Part shown: positions 1 to 8,641 of the stretch, piece after piece | How positions within the stretch are numbered: position 1 is the stretch's first letter | How the letters are laid out: every line of letters begins with the position of its first letter | Origin: Pirellula staleyi DSM 6068 | GTDB lineage: Bacteria > Planctomycetota > Planctomycetia > Pirellulales > Pirellulaceae | Direction: 5' to 3' | Assembly (NCBI GenBank): GCA_000025185.1 | Contig: CP001848.1 | Span: 3,360,001 to 3,392,000, forward strand | DNA length: 32,000 nucleotides | Translations under genes and position numbers: made by a program | Notes under the pieces: generated by a model | Databases searched by the model: none | Told to the model about the DNA's origin: nothing | What the model saw: the letters and a program-made list of their open reading frames with translations, nothing else

Positions 1-416
1 GTGTTAAGTTGCGAGCCGAGCTCGTCGACGCTCTCAAAGCCGCTGGCAACGAAGTGGCCGACGAAGGCACGTTCCAAACCGAAAGCATGGACTATCCGGA
101 TGTCGCCGAGGTGGTCGCTGGCAAGGTCTCCAAGGGGGAGGCTGAGCGCGGGATTCTGATTTGCGCCACCGGTGTAGGGATGTCGATTGCCGCCAACAAA
201 GTGGCCGGTGTCCGAGCTGCGGTGATTCAGGACGAAGCAGTCGCCAAGCTCAGCCGCCAGCACAACAACCTAAACGTTCTCTGCCTGCCGGGCGATGCAC
301 TTTCGACCGATGCCGCCACCAGCTTGGTGAAAACCTGGCTCAGCACCGAGTTCGAAGGGGGGCGTCACGCTCGCCGACTCGAAAAGATCTCGCACCTCGA
401 GCAGCACCAAGGCTAG
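1..416 (+). CDS. rpiB: Ribose-5-phosphate isomerase B (RpiB/LacAB family), 5' end cut by window edge
   Basis: The frame of ORF 9..416 stays open back to position 3. The translation carries RpiB hallmarks: GILICATGVGMSIAANKV, NVLCLPG, TEFEGGRHARR. About a dozen N-terminal residues appear to be missing. Confidence 0.9.
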   Translation, partial: VKLRAELVDALKAAGNEVADEGTFQTESMDYPDVAEVVAGKVSKGEAERGILICATGVGMSIAANKVAGVRAAVIQDEAVAKLSRQHNNLNVLCLPGDALSTDAATSLVKTWLSTEFEGGRHARRLEKISHLEQHQG

Positions 417-474
417 CTCCCAGCAATTCGAGCGTCAGCAGTTCGGCGCACTCGTGCGAACTCAAGAAACGACC

Positions 475-520
475 AAAGGCTGTGAAGATCGATTGATCCT
501 CACAGCCTTTGATTTTGTAC
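475..520. terminator. Bidirectional intrinsic-terminator-like hairpin between convergent rpiB and the 561..1136 gene
   Basis: Perfect 11-bp stem AAAGGCTGTGA (475..485) / TCACAGCCTTT (500..510). It is followed on + by GATTTTGT and on - by GGTCGTTTCTTG. Confidence 0.65.
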
Positions 521-560
521 TTCGCAGTTACTCGCAAACCCCTGAACCCCAACCCCGTGG

Positions 561-1136
561 TTAGAAGTTCGCTCCGGCACCAGTGTCAACGTTACCCACC
601 ATGTGGAAGTGGTTGTGATCGATGTAGATCACTTCCTGAGCATCTTCGTCCACCAGGGTGTGAGGTACTGGCCAGCCTACGCGAGTGGTTTCGCTGTAGT
701 AAATCGTGCATTTGTAGTGAGCATGGTGCAACTGCACAGGACCGAGCAGCGGCACAACGCGTGGGGGATCGACATAGTCGGCGATCTTCTCTTTCACGAT
801 GCGAACGTTGTTACGCGAACGTTCGTGAAGGAAGGGGAGGCCACCTTGGATGGGATTGGCCTTCTCCCAAGCGCGAACCACTTCGTCGTCGCTGGGTGGG
901 TCGAGAGCGACCGCTGGGCCACCAGGAAGAATCGGGCCCAGAATCGGAGCACGCTCGTAGCGCTCGTGATTCCAGAACTCATCTTCCTTCTTCTTTTGGA
1001 AGTAAGGGCTGACAGGAATGGGTATTCCAACTAGCCCCAATTCGACGCCACTTGTCATGCCAATGCATCCTGTTTGGCAGAGCGATAACGCTGCCATCAT
1101 GATGCAGACTGCTGCTAGGGCGATCCTGTGAAACAT
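561..1136 (-). CDS. Secreted (possibly lipoprotein) hypothetical protein with His clusters
   Basis: 191-aa ORF. N-terminal hydrophobic signal MFHRIALAAVCIMMAALSLCQTGC with Cys residues that could form a lipobox. His-rich motifs VQLHHAHYKC and IDHNHFHM. No family recognised. Confidence 0.7.
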   Translation of the reverse strand: MFHRIALAAVCIMMAALSLCQTGCIGMTSGVELGLVGIPIPVSPYFQKKKEDEFWNHERYERAPILGPILPGGPAVALDPPSDDEVVRAWEKANPIQGGLPFLHERSRNNVRIVKEKIADYVDPPRVVPLLGPVQLHHAHYKCTIYYSETTRVGWPVPHTLVDEDAQEVIYIDHNHFHMVGNVDTGAGANF

Positions 1137-1290
1137 GACACTGATCCTCGGTGATCGGGGCCGGCCTGGAAGCTCGACGATGCGGAGTAACTGGTGCGAA
1201 TCCCAACATTCTCGCGATGCCTGATAACCAGCCGGCGGATGCCTGCTCGTTATCCGAAACTATTTATCGTGTGAATCTGGGTGGAACTTG

Positions 1291-1320
1291 CGGAATTTTC
1301 CGGATGTAGCGGAAATTCCG
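1291..1320. promoter_or_regulatory. Inverted repeat CGGAATTTTCCG-N7-CGGAAATTCCG upstream of the 561..1136 gene
   Basis: The arms 1291..1302 and 1310..1320 pair over 11 bp with one bulge. The repeat lies about 155-185 nt upstream of the minus-strand start at 1136. Confidence 0.35.
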
Positions 1321-1420
1321 ATTCCTCACGCGAGCTTGTATCGACCTCCCACCCCGGCGAGTTGAATTAGTTTCAAGTTTTTGGGCAATTTCATGTTCCG
1401 TCGAGCTAGTTCGACCTGCA

Positions 1421-1464
1421 ATCACAAACTGCTAGCAGCAAATCGTTAAACGGAGCCTAGTTCC
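1421..1464. repeat. Copy of intergenic motif ATCACAAACTGCTAGCAG ... GGAGCCTAGTTCC
   Basis: The 16-mer at 1421..1436 differs at one position from 9182..9197. It contains the perfect 10-bp palindrome CTGCTAGCAG (1429..1438). The trailing GGAGCCTAGTTC matches GGACCCTAGTTC at 9198..9209. Confidence 0.7.
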
Positions 1465-1497
1465 ACAGCTCGCGGGCACCGATGAAAGCGGGCTCAA

Positions 1498-1538
1498 GAA
1501 AACGAAAAACCCCTGCTAGATCTGGGTTCTAGCAGGGG
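1498..1538 (-). terminator. Intrinsic terminator of the BON-domain gene
   Basis: Perfect 11-bp stem CCCCTGCTAGA (1510..1520) / TCTAGCAGGGG (1528..1538) with a 7-nt loop. On the minus strand it is followed directly by TTTTTCGTTTTC. It lies about 65 nt downstream of the stop at 1603. Confidence 0.8.
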
Positions 1539-1602
1539 TCTGACGTTACGAACTTCGGTTTTTCAGCTGGCCACTCGTCCGCCGTGAAGCGGGCGATGTT
1601 TT

Positions 1603-2409
1603 TTAGTGGCGGCGGTCTTTGAAATCGAGGAACCACCAACCGTCGTCCCATTCCAGGGTGACTTTACGCCATCCGAGTGGAACCTGTGGATAGGGGTAGA
1701 ATGGGCCGATGTAAGGCCAAGCGGTAGGCGAGTACTGCTTGGGGTAGGTTACAGCTGCATAGTTAGGATGCGAAGCGTAGCTCGGCCAGGCATAACCAGG
1801 CATCGAGGGATGATCGTAGCGAGCGGGAGCCACGCCCATGCCGGTGCCGGCAGTGTGCATTGGCATTGGCTGGCCAGGCATGCCCATTGCTTCGCCTTGG
1901 TGCGAAACGGTCCGAGCTGGTGCAAAAGCCATCGGAACGGCCGAGCGAGTGCCAGCATAAACTGGAACTACAGCGCGAGGCTGAGCTTGAGCTGGTGCGT
2001 TGTAAACCGGCGTGGTGTTCGAAACTGGGTGAACGCCAGTTCCAACAGCCGATTCGCGGGTCATGGCTTGGCTCATCGAAGGAGCATCTTCGTAGCCACT
2101 GGCGGGTTGAACTGTCGAGGCAGCAGCACCGATCGAGAGATCGTTGACCACTTGCACGACACCAGGAATACGACGAGCCACGTCGAGGGCTCGGGCTTCC
2201 TGATCAGCCGAGGCCACGCGGCCCGACAGCCAAACGGTGCCATCTTCCACTTGCAGATCGATGCTGAAACCCTTCAGCGATCCCTGCTTTTTCTCTTCTT
2301 GCAGTTTTTGAACAACTGCTTTGGCAATCTGTTGATCGTCGCCGAAGGCCAGCGACGGTCCCAAGACCGTCATGGCCAATACGGCCAATCGAAACACGTA
2401 ACGTCGCAT
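1603..2409 (-). CDS. Secreted BON-domain protein with Pro/aromatic-rich C-terminal tail
   Basis: ORF 1603..2475. The preferred start is the ATG at 2409 (MRRYVFRLAVLAMTVLGPSLAFG signal peptide), preceded by GGAGG. BON-like segment FSIDLQVEDGTVWLSGRVASADQEARALDVARRIPGVVQVVNDL. Tail: YPKQYSPTAWPYIGPFYPYPQVPLGWRKVTLEWDDGWWFLDF. Confidence 0.8.
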   Translation of the reverse strand: MRRYVFRLAVLAMTVLGPSLAFGDDQQIAKAVVQKLQEEKKQGSLKGFSIDLQVEDGTVWLSGRVASADQEARALDVARRIPGVVQVVNDLSIGAAASTVQPASGYEDAPSMSQAMTRESAVGTGVHPVSNTTPVYNAPAQAQPRAVVPVYAGTRSAVPMAFAPARTVSHQGEAMGMPGQPMPMHTAGTGMGVAPARYDHPSMPGYAWPSYASHPNYAAVTYPKQYSPTAWPYIGPFYPYPQVPLGWRKVTLEWDDGWWFLDFKDRRH

Positions 2410-3091
2410 GGGTCCCCCTCCTGAGGTAAGAATCCGTGTCTTGTCGATTTCTCGCAGGCTATCGCGGCCAATCACCGCAGCCCGGAGTCATCGTTTCGCT
2501 TTTGGACAACTGCCACCGCGAGTGTGGCAGCCGCCACAACAATGCTTGGAACATCCCAGAAGCACTGTCGGCGGCAGTTTGTCCGCAGGAGGGAAAAACG
2601 CGATGCATCTGTCCGCCGCACCACCTGAATCAGGTCGCGTGGCAGACAGACGTCTGGATCGAACTCGCTTGCTTGCCCCCCCCGGGCGCAAACTTCTCGG
2701 GCATCATCTGCCCGCTATTAGTTGTCGGTATCCGGTCGTGCGGAAAGGTAGCTTTTTTCCGATTTTGCCGGACGCACTAGGGCCAAATTGGGCCTAAAAA
2801 CAGGGATGTACGACGTTTCTTGGTAAGCTTTAACGGTAGCGCAAACCTTGATTTCGCCCCGCAAACGCTATCGGTATGCCGCTAGCGAGTTCGAGCCGGT
2901 TCTCAAGCGACATCAGCCCGCCTGATCATCCAGTTGAAGGTGGGCGAGCTCACTGGACCGAAACTGCGCGGTAATAGAAGGCCGCCTGCTGTCGATTGGC
3001 TCACCAGGTAAACGGCAGCCGCTAGCAACGAGGAGGGAGGCGATCTCCGTGAGGAATCGCCCCCAAATCAGATACCCGACGAAGCCCGCAA

Positions 3092-5308
3092 TTACGGCAA
3101 CAGCGCCTTGGTATCCCCCTCGTGGAAGCTTCGTACAAAACGCTTTCCTTGGTAGTCGAACCAGATCGTGTAGAAGTTCTTCGAGCGATTCCACGGGTTC
3201 TCGTTCGTGAGGCTCCATTTAATCGCTTGCGTGGGACTGGTGATGATCCGCTGTCCGGTCGCGGTGAGATCAATCCAGTTAAGCCCTCCCCCTAAGTACA
3301 TGGCGACAATCTTGAACTCTTGCCCCGCCTCTTTATAGGCGATACCTGTGTTAGGGACCGCCGGGGCCGAAATCACTTCGGTAGCGACAGCCGTTTCCGT
3401 TTGCGTCTTCCCTTCGAATTCCCACTCCACTTCGAGTGTCTTCTCGACTCCTGGTTCGGGATCGCCAAAGAAGCGATCGTCGGCATGCAGCGCCGCAAAC
3501 GGATGCTGCGCCACTTGAGCCTCGAAGTACTTCGTGACGTCGATTCTCTTAGTCGGACCGCCGTAGGTCGCCTTCTTCACAATCACCGGCGAGCCGAGCG
3601 GGTGCGATTTGCTTTCAGGCTTTCGCTCTCCATCGACGCTGGCAGTGCCGTTGAGCATCGTGAGTTTCAGTGTGTGGAATGCGACTCTCGCTTTGTGGGC
3701 GGTGAGGGCCATGTGATCGCGGCTGCGCATTTTCCGCACACCATCGATATTCTGCGAGCCAACGCCACGCCAGATCCCCAAGAGCTTGTCATCGAGGTAG
3801 ATCTCGACCGTGGAGACGTTGGAGTCGCTCTTCACTCGAGCAAAAAAACGATAGCGCCGACCATTCTCGAGTTGATTGGGGGCGACGCGAACGAGAGTGG
3901 GAGTATCGACGCCGAGTAAAGCATGTTGACCCGCTTGGGCAGAAAGGAGCAGGGCACAATAGCCGCGCGGTGTTGGAAGCACCATCGAGACGATATCGGC
4001 ACCTTGTTCACGCGTGAACTCGGTGTAGACCTCATAGTCCCCGCGGATGGTGACAGGGACATCGAGCAGTGCAGCATACGAAAGTGGTGCCAAAATGCTC
4101 CCGTCGTCGCGCCGTTCCCACTGCTGATTGAGGCAGTCGGTCTTCAGGTTGACGACCTCGAGCAATTCCTCGGGCAAATCCTTGGCTCCAGCGGCTGGTT
4201 TAATAGTTGGAGCAAACGGGTCTGCAGGCATCGCGGGGCGAGTCGTGGGGCTGGGAACGGCCGGGACCACCGGCACCACTGGAACATTGGATGCCACGGC
4301 TGGCGGTGTCACCGGGGTGGGAGTTCGTGAGGCTATATCGGAAACGACACCCGCCTTGCGAAGTTGCTCGATCCGCAATTCGGCCTTGGCAGCGGCGAGC
4401 CCTTTAAGCTTCGATTTCACTTTTGTGTACCACAACAGAGCTTGGGCACGCATCACTTCCTTGCCCACTTTGCTGGTGTCTTTTTGCGAGGCCTCCCACC
4501 ACAAATCGGCCACTTTCTCCTGCTGAATGAGATCGTCGGTGGCAGCGACTTCTGCTTGCACCGCAGCACGCAGAGGGGAATCGCTCGCTTTCAGCAAATG
4601 CTCGAAGCCGAGGCGGAAGTCCTGTTTCATCAAGAGATAGAATCGCCCCAGTTCGTCGTTTGCAACCGGATCGTCGGGAGTCGTTTCGAGTGTTTTACGA
4701 GCGACCGCGATTTTCTCGGAAGCGGCTGCAATCTCTTCGATCGCGCGAGCCCGATCGAGCAGCTGTTGTGCGGTTTCTACATCCCGTCCACGTCTGGCAT
4801 AGTCGGAGAGGCCGGTGAGCAATTTGGAGGCATCGGTATAGCGGTCTTTCAAGCACAGCGACTCTGCCAGCTTGGTTCCCTCTTGGATGGCGATTTTTTT
4901 CTGCTCAATCGGAACAGAACTTTTGAGAGCCAAGCCAATGGTGGCGATGCGAACCGCCTCGGCATCGAATTCAAACTCCGATTCCAAAACATCGATCGCC
5001 TTCATAGCGCTTGGCACATCGGCTGCATCGGCTGCCACTTCGCGGCACAAATTGAGCAGCACAAAGCGAGCGGCTGGATCGTCGCGCGTTTCGAGAGCGA
5101 CTCCCATCAAACGCGTTGCGAGTTGGGCTTTGGCGGTGGAAGTGGTGGCTTTCGAGACCTCGAAGATCGAATCGATCTCTTCGCGGCGCGAATCGCGATC
5201 CTCTTTCGATGGAATGGCCTGCTTGGAGGCAGCAGCGGGTGCAGGCTCCTGAGCCTGGCAAAGATGGGGGAAAAGGAGCAGTAAAACGTAGATTCCGAGG
5301 CTCGCCAT
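3092..5308 (-). CDS. Large secreted modular protein, paralog B: helical N-module, Pro/Val linker, one beta-sandwich-like module, two small C-terminal domains
   Basis: ORF 3092..5446. The ATG at 5308 gives a signal peptide MASLGIYVLLLLFPHLCQAQE; the upstream 46 codons are Arg/Ser-rich and not protein-like. The N-module is clearly homologous to the 5642..8548 protein. Confidence 0.85.
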   Translation of the reverse strand: MASLGIYVLLLLFPHLCQAQEPAPAAASKQAIPSKEDRDSRREEIDSIFEVSKATTSTAKAQLATRLMGVALETRDDPAARFVLLNLCREVAADAADVPSAMKAIDVLESEFEFDAEAVRIATIGLALKSSVPIEQKKIAIQEGTKLAESLCLKDRYTDASKLLTGLSDYARRGRDVETAQQLLDRARAIEEIAAASEKIAVARKTLETTPDDPVANDELGRFYLLMKQDFRLGFEHLLKASDSPLRAAVQAEVAATDDLIQQEKVADLWWEASQKDTSKVGKEVMRAQALLWYTKVKSKLKGLAAAKAELRIEQLRKAGVVSDIASRTPTPVTPPAVASNVPVVPVVPAVPSPTTRPAMPADPFAPTIKPAAGAKDLPEELLEVVNLKTDCLNQQWERRDDGSILAPLSYAALLDVPVTIRGDYEVYTEFTREQGADIVSMVLPTPRGYCALLLSAQAGQHALLGVDTPTLVRVAPNQLENGRRYRFFARVKSDSNVSTVEIYLDDKLLGIWRGVGSQNIDGVRKMRSRDHMALTAHKARVAFHTLKLTMLNGTASVDGERKPESKSHPLGSPVIVKKATYGGPTKRIDVTKYFEAQVAQHPFAALHADDRFFGDPEPGVEKTLEVEWEFEGKTQTETAVATEVISAPAVPNTGIAYKEAGQEFKIVAMYLGGGLNWIDLTATGQRIITSPTQAIKWSLTNENPWNRSKNFYTIWFDYQGKRFVRSFHEGDTKALLP

Positions 5309-5641
5309 CAAGAGTGATCGCTGTCCGCTGGATCGGGAAGAGCAACGGTTGCTTGAAGTCTCACGCGACGCTGCTGGTTGCCACGAGCAAACGCTCCGCC
5401 ATTGCAGGTTGCTGACCAAAGCCGATCCCAGTCTGATCGCTATCATGATGAGTTTGCTCCCTGGATAGTGGTGAAGAGTGCACTTGATTATGGGGTATCT
5501 CGTGACGGTCGCCTATCACGACGGGCAAAGAATTTTTGGGGGATCAGGGGGCTCATCGTGCACTCTGTCTAGCCCTGATGCCCACCCACTGGTGAACGAG
5601 AAAGTGAGGTGCATTTCCAGCAGTGGCAAGTGGCGAGGAAG

Positions 5642-8548
5642 TTAGTCGGCCACGGCTGTTCCATCGAGCACGCGCAGCTCGAGCGAATGAAATACCACCT
5701 TGCATCCGTGAGCAAACAGACTCGGATGTTGCCCATCGATGATCGTGCGGAACTTGTCGACCACCTCGATCGCAGGCCCTTTCCAGTTGGCAATCATTTC
5801 GCCACCGAGGAACATCTGCGCGACAGTATTGTCCCCATCGGACGCAACACGAATGGCCAGCTGATATCGCTTGCCATTCTCGATCGGCTCATGCACGCCG
5901 AAGACTCGGTTTTCGGAGAAGCCGATAACCGATTCCCCTTTTTTTCGATGACTGATCAGCAGTTCGAGAAATTTTCCTTCGACTGGGACCACCATGCCGA
6001 GCGCATTGGCTCCCTCTTCGCGAGTGAAGTCGAGAAACAGCTCATATTTTTTCGGGAGCTTTACAGGGAGATACAAACGTGAATCGAGTTCCCCTCCCGA
6101 GACAATGGTGGTGTCGACGCGACTCCATTTTTTGCTCGATGGGTGGACTTCTGGGTTGGCAAGTTCGAGCAAGTTGCGGGGCAGTGGTCCGCCTGGTTTC
6201 GTGGAGGATTTGGTCGGGGCTGCTGGGGACGAATCGTCGACCGTGACAGAGCCATCAATCATTTTGAGATCGGATGAGTGAAATACCACGCGTGAAAGAT
6301 GGGCGTAGAGGCCGATGTGGTTCAGCTTTCGCATCGTTCGAGTACCACCGTTTTCATTGAGTGTCCCTGCTCCGGTCCATTTGCCGAGAACAGCTCCGTC
6401 GAGCGTGATCTCGACGCTCGATTCCTCCTGACCTGCGGTCACCGATGCGATGAGTTTGTAGCGATGGTTGTTCTCGAGAGTCGATGGTGTGAGTCGAACC
6501 GCCTTGGGATCGCCGATGCCGATGTAGCCAACATCGCCACCCCGCGCTGAGAGCAGGACCGAGCAAAAGCGGTCGTTCACCGGCAAGATCAGACCGACGA
6601 CTTCGTCCTCGGTTTCACGGGTGAACTCCATGGTGAAGACGTAGCTGCCGGTGATGGTCAGGGGCAACTGCAGCAAAGGAGCTTCTGCTGGTAGCGCGAT
6701 GATCTCTTTTTCGCGACGCTCCCAAACTTGGCTGATCGCATCACGTTTGACATCGACGAGGTCGAGAACATTTTCTGGCACCTTGGCGACAACGGGGTTG
6801 GAACTGCTAGGGAGGCTGCTCGATGAAGAGTCCCCCGCCTCTTTCGCAGGTGGCTCGCGTCCTTCATCGAGGGTGAGTGTTGTCCCTTGCAGGAACTTTA
6901 CTTCAACGGAGTGAAAGACGACGCGCGACTCGTGAGCATAGAGCCCAAGGTGCTGCCGGGATCGCATCTTGCGATCACCATCGGTATTGGCAGTCCCTTT
7001 CCCTTTCCATTCGCCCAAGGTTTCGTCATCGAGTTTGGCCTCGACGCGCGTCCCCTCAGGAGTTTCCACCACCCTCAGCGAGAAATGATAGTTGTGGCCA
7101 TTCTCGAGCCGCGATGGTTCAAACTTTATGCGAGTTTCAGATCCGTTACCTAGGTAACCAGAGACTCCACCATCGGTTGAGAGGAGAACGTCGCAAAATC
7201 CGTCCGATGTTGGGAGGACCACCCCCACGATGTCGTTGCCTGTTTCGCGAGTGAATTTCACATGGACTTCGTAGGTTCCGCTGAACTCGAGCGGCAACTG
7301 GAGCAGCGCGCCGTAGCCGGGTGGGGCGGCGATGCCGTTCTCGACACGCTCCCACTTTTGATTCAGCGAGTCTTTGTCGACGTCCACCAGATGGATCAGG
7401 TTTTTGGGCAACTCGACCGTTTTGGCCTTAGTTGAGCTGCCCGATAGGTCCGGCATCGCCGGACGCTCGCCAGGAGGTCGCGAGAAAATGCCGAGATCGC
7501 CCTGGGTCGCTGCCGGCTGAACGCCAGCGCTAGTCATCTGCTTCATGCGCAGGTCGGCTTTGGCGACAGCGAGTCCCTTGAGGTAGGGCTTCGCTTTTTG
7601 GTACCAGGCCAACGATCGCGACTGGAATTTTTGCTGCGATTCCTTCGCCGGTTCCTTGGAGGCAATGTCCCACCACAGGTCGGCCAGCTTCTCTTGCTCG
7701 ATTGGATTCTGGGGATCGGTGAGTTCTAGTTTGGCGGCCGATGCCAGGGGAGTATCGCCCGACTTGGCGAGGTGCGGCAAAGCTTTGGAGGCATCTCCTT
7801 TGGCGAGCAAATAGTAGTTGCCTGCAGTCAAGTTAGCTGCGACGTCGTCGGGCGTTTGCTTGAGGACCTCGAAAGCGGGCTTCACCTTAAGAAAACCGAC
7901 TTCGAGGGTGTCGGCCAGTTTCCGCTGTTCCGCCAGGAGGTTGGCTGTTTTCAGATCGCGCGCTCGGCGAGCGACGTCCGACAGACCGACGAACAGCTTC
8001 GATGCATCGGCATAGCGGTCGTCGGCCATCAGCTTCTGGGCGAGCTGCGTACCGAACGTCAGCACCTCTTGTTTCTGATCAGGGGGAACAGCCGACTTGG
8101 CCCCTTGGCTGATCGTGGCGATTCGAACAGCATCGGCGTCGAACTCGAAATCTGGCTCTAGGAGCTCGATAGCAGCAAATGCGACCTGCATTTTGGCGGC
8201 ATCGCAGGCGAGTTCACGGGCCAGGTTCAGCAAAACGAACCGAGCAATGGGATCGCTGGTGGTCTCTTGTCCGGTGGTGAGGACCCGCTCGGCAAGTGCC
8301 GCTTTGGCTGCGGGGGTGACCGCCTTTGCCGGTTCAAAGATGGAGTCGACCTCGGCTTTGCGAGCATCGCGGTCGGCCTTCGGCGGGACGGGCTGTTTGG
8401 TCGATGCTGCTGGAGCCCCCACCTGAGTACACACATCGGCGTGAACTTGTGGACCATCAGGCTCCCCGGCCCGTAGGGATGCAGTGATCCCTAAGAGTAG
8501 AAAACCTAGGAGACGCGGGCTAAGCCGAGCGCTGGCTAGCGTGGTCAT
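5642..8548 (-). CDS. Large secreted modular protein, paralog A: helical N-module plus three tandem beta-sandwich-like modules
   Basis: 968-aa ORF with signal peptide MTTLASARLSPRLLGFLLLGITASLRAGE. Three internal repeats of about 175 aa at nt 6881..7414, 6251..6784 and 5660..6187. Confidence 0.9.
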   Translation of the reverse strand: MTTLASARLSPRLLGFLLLGITASLRAGEPDGPQVHADVCTQVGAPAASTKQPVPPKADRDARKAEVDSIFEPAKAVTPAAKAALAERVLTTGQETTSDPIARFVLLNLARELACDAAKMQVAFAAIELLEPDFEFDADAVRIATISQGAKSAVPPDQKQEVLTFGTQLAQKLMADDRYADASKLFVGLSDVARRARDLKTANLLAEQRKLADTLEVGFLKVKPAFEVLKQTPDDVAANLTAGNYYLLAKGDASKALPHLAKSGDTPLASAAKLELTDPQNPIEQEKLADLWWDIASKEPAKESQQKFQSRSLAWYQKAKPYLKGLAVAKADLRMKQMTSAGVQPAATQGDLGIFSRPPGERPAMPDLSGSSTKAKTVELPKNLIHLVDVDKDSLNQKWERVENGIAAPPGYGALLQLPLEFSGTYEVHVKFTRETGNDIVGVVLPTSDGFCDVLLSTDGGVSGYLGNGSETRIKFEPSRLENGHNYHFSLRVVETPEGTRVEAKLDDETLGEWKGKGTANTDGDRKMRSRQHLGLYAHESRVVFHSVEVKFLQGTTLTLDEGREPPAKEAGDSSSSSLPSSSNPVVAKVPENVLDLVDVKRDAISQVWERREKEIIALPAEAPLLQLPLTITGSYVFTMEFTRETEDEVVGLILPVNDRFCSVLLSARGGDVGYIGIGDPKAVRLTPSTLENNHRYKLIASVTAGQEESSVEITLDGAVLGKWTGAGTLNENGGTRTMRKLNHIGLYAHLSRVVFHSSDLKMIDGSVTVDDSSPAAPTKSSTKPGGPLPRNLLELANPEVHPSSKKWSRVDTTIVSGGELDSRLYLPVKLPKKYELFLDFTREEGANALGMVVPVEGKFLELLISHRKKGESVIGFSENRVFGVHEPIENGKRYQLAIRVASDGDNTVAQMFLGGEMIANWKGPAIEVVDKFRTIIDGQHPSLFAHGCKVVFHSLELRVLDGTAVAD

Positions 8549-8641
8549 TTTGCTACCTCTTTCTGGGGCTTCGAGAGTCGCCCAGATTATCTAGCAAATG
8601 TACGCCAATTGAAAGCCAGAAGCTTGAAGAACGGAGGGTTG

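Noticed and set aside
1606-2424. 272-aa plus-strand ORF antisense to the BON gene
   Set aside because: The minus-strand frame has a signal peptide, a BON domain, a strong GGAGG and a matching terminator. The plus-strand translation is Arg/Ser/Gly-rich and featureless.
2408-2797. Plus-strand ORFs of 129 and 114 aa in the BON upstream region
   Set aside because: They have Arg/Pro-rich or Cys-rich improbable compositions, mutually overlapping frames and no Shine-Dalgarno sequence. The region is treated as non-coding.
2913-3218. 101-aa minus-strand ORF with a hydrophobic stretch, overlapping the 3' end of paralog B
   Set aside because: Its only ATG lies 127 nt inside the paralog B coding region in another frame. 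There is no alternative start downstream of the paralog B stop and no ribosome-binding site.
5309-5446. 46-codon N-terminal extension of paralog B from the first ATG of the ORF
   Set aside because: The extension (MIAIRLGSALVSNLQWRSVCSWQPAASRETSSNRCSS...) is not protein-like. It would also bury the obvious signal peptide that begins at the ATG at 5308. The start remains somewhat uncertain.
5542-5578. Hairpin ATCAGGG(GG)CT...AGCCCTGAT downstream of paralog A as its terminator
   Set aside because: On the transcribed (minus) strand it is followed by CCCCCAAAAATTC rather than a U-tract. The loop is long and the stem is bulged.
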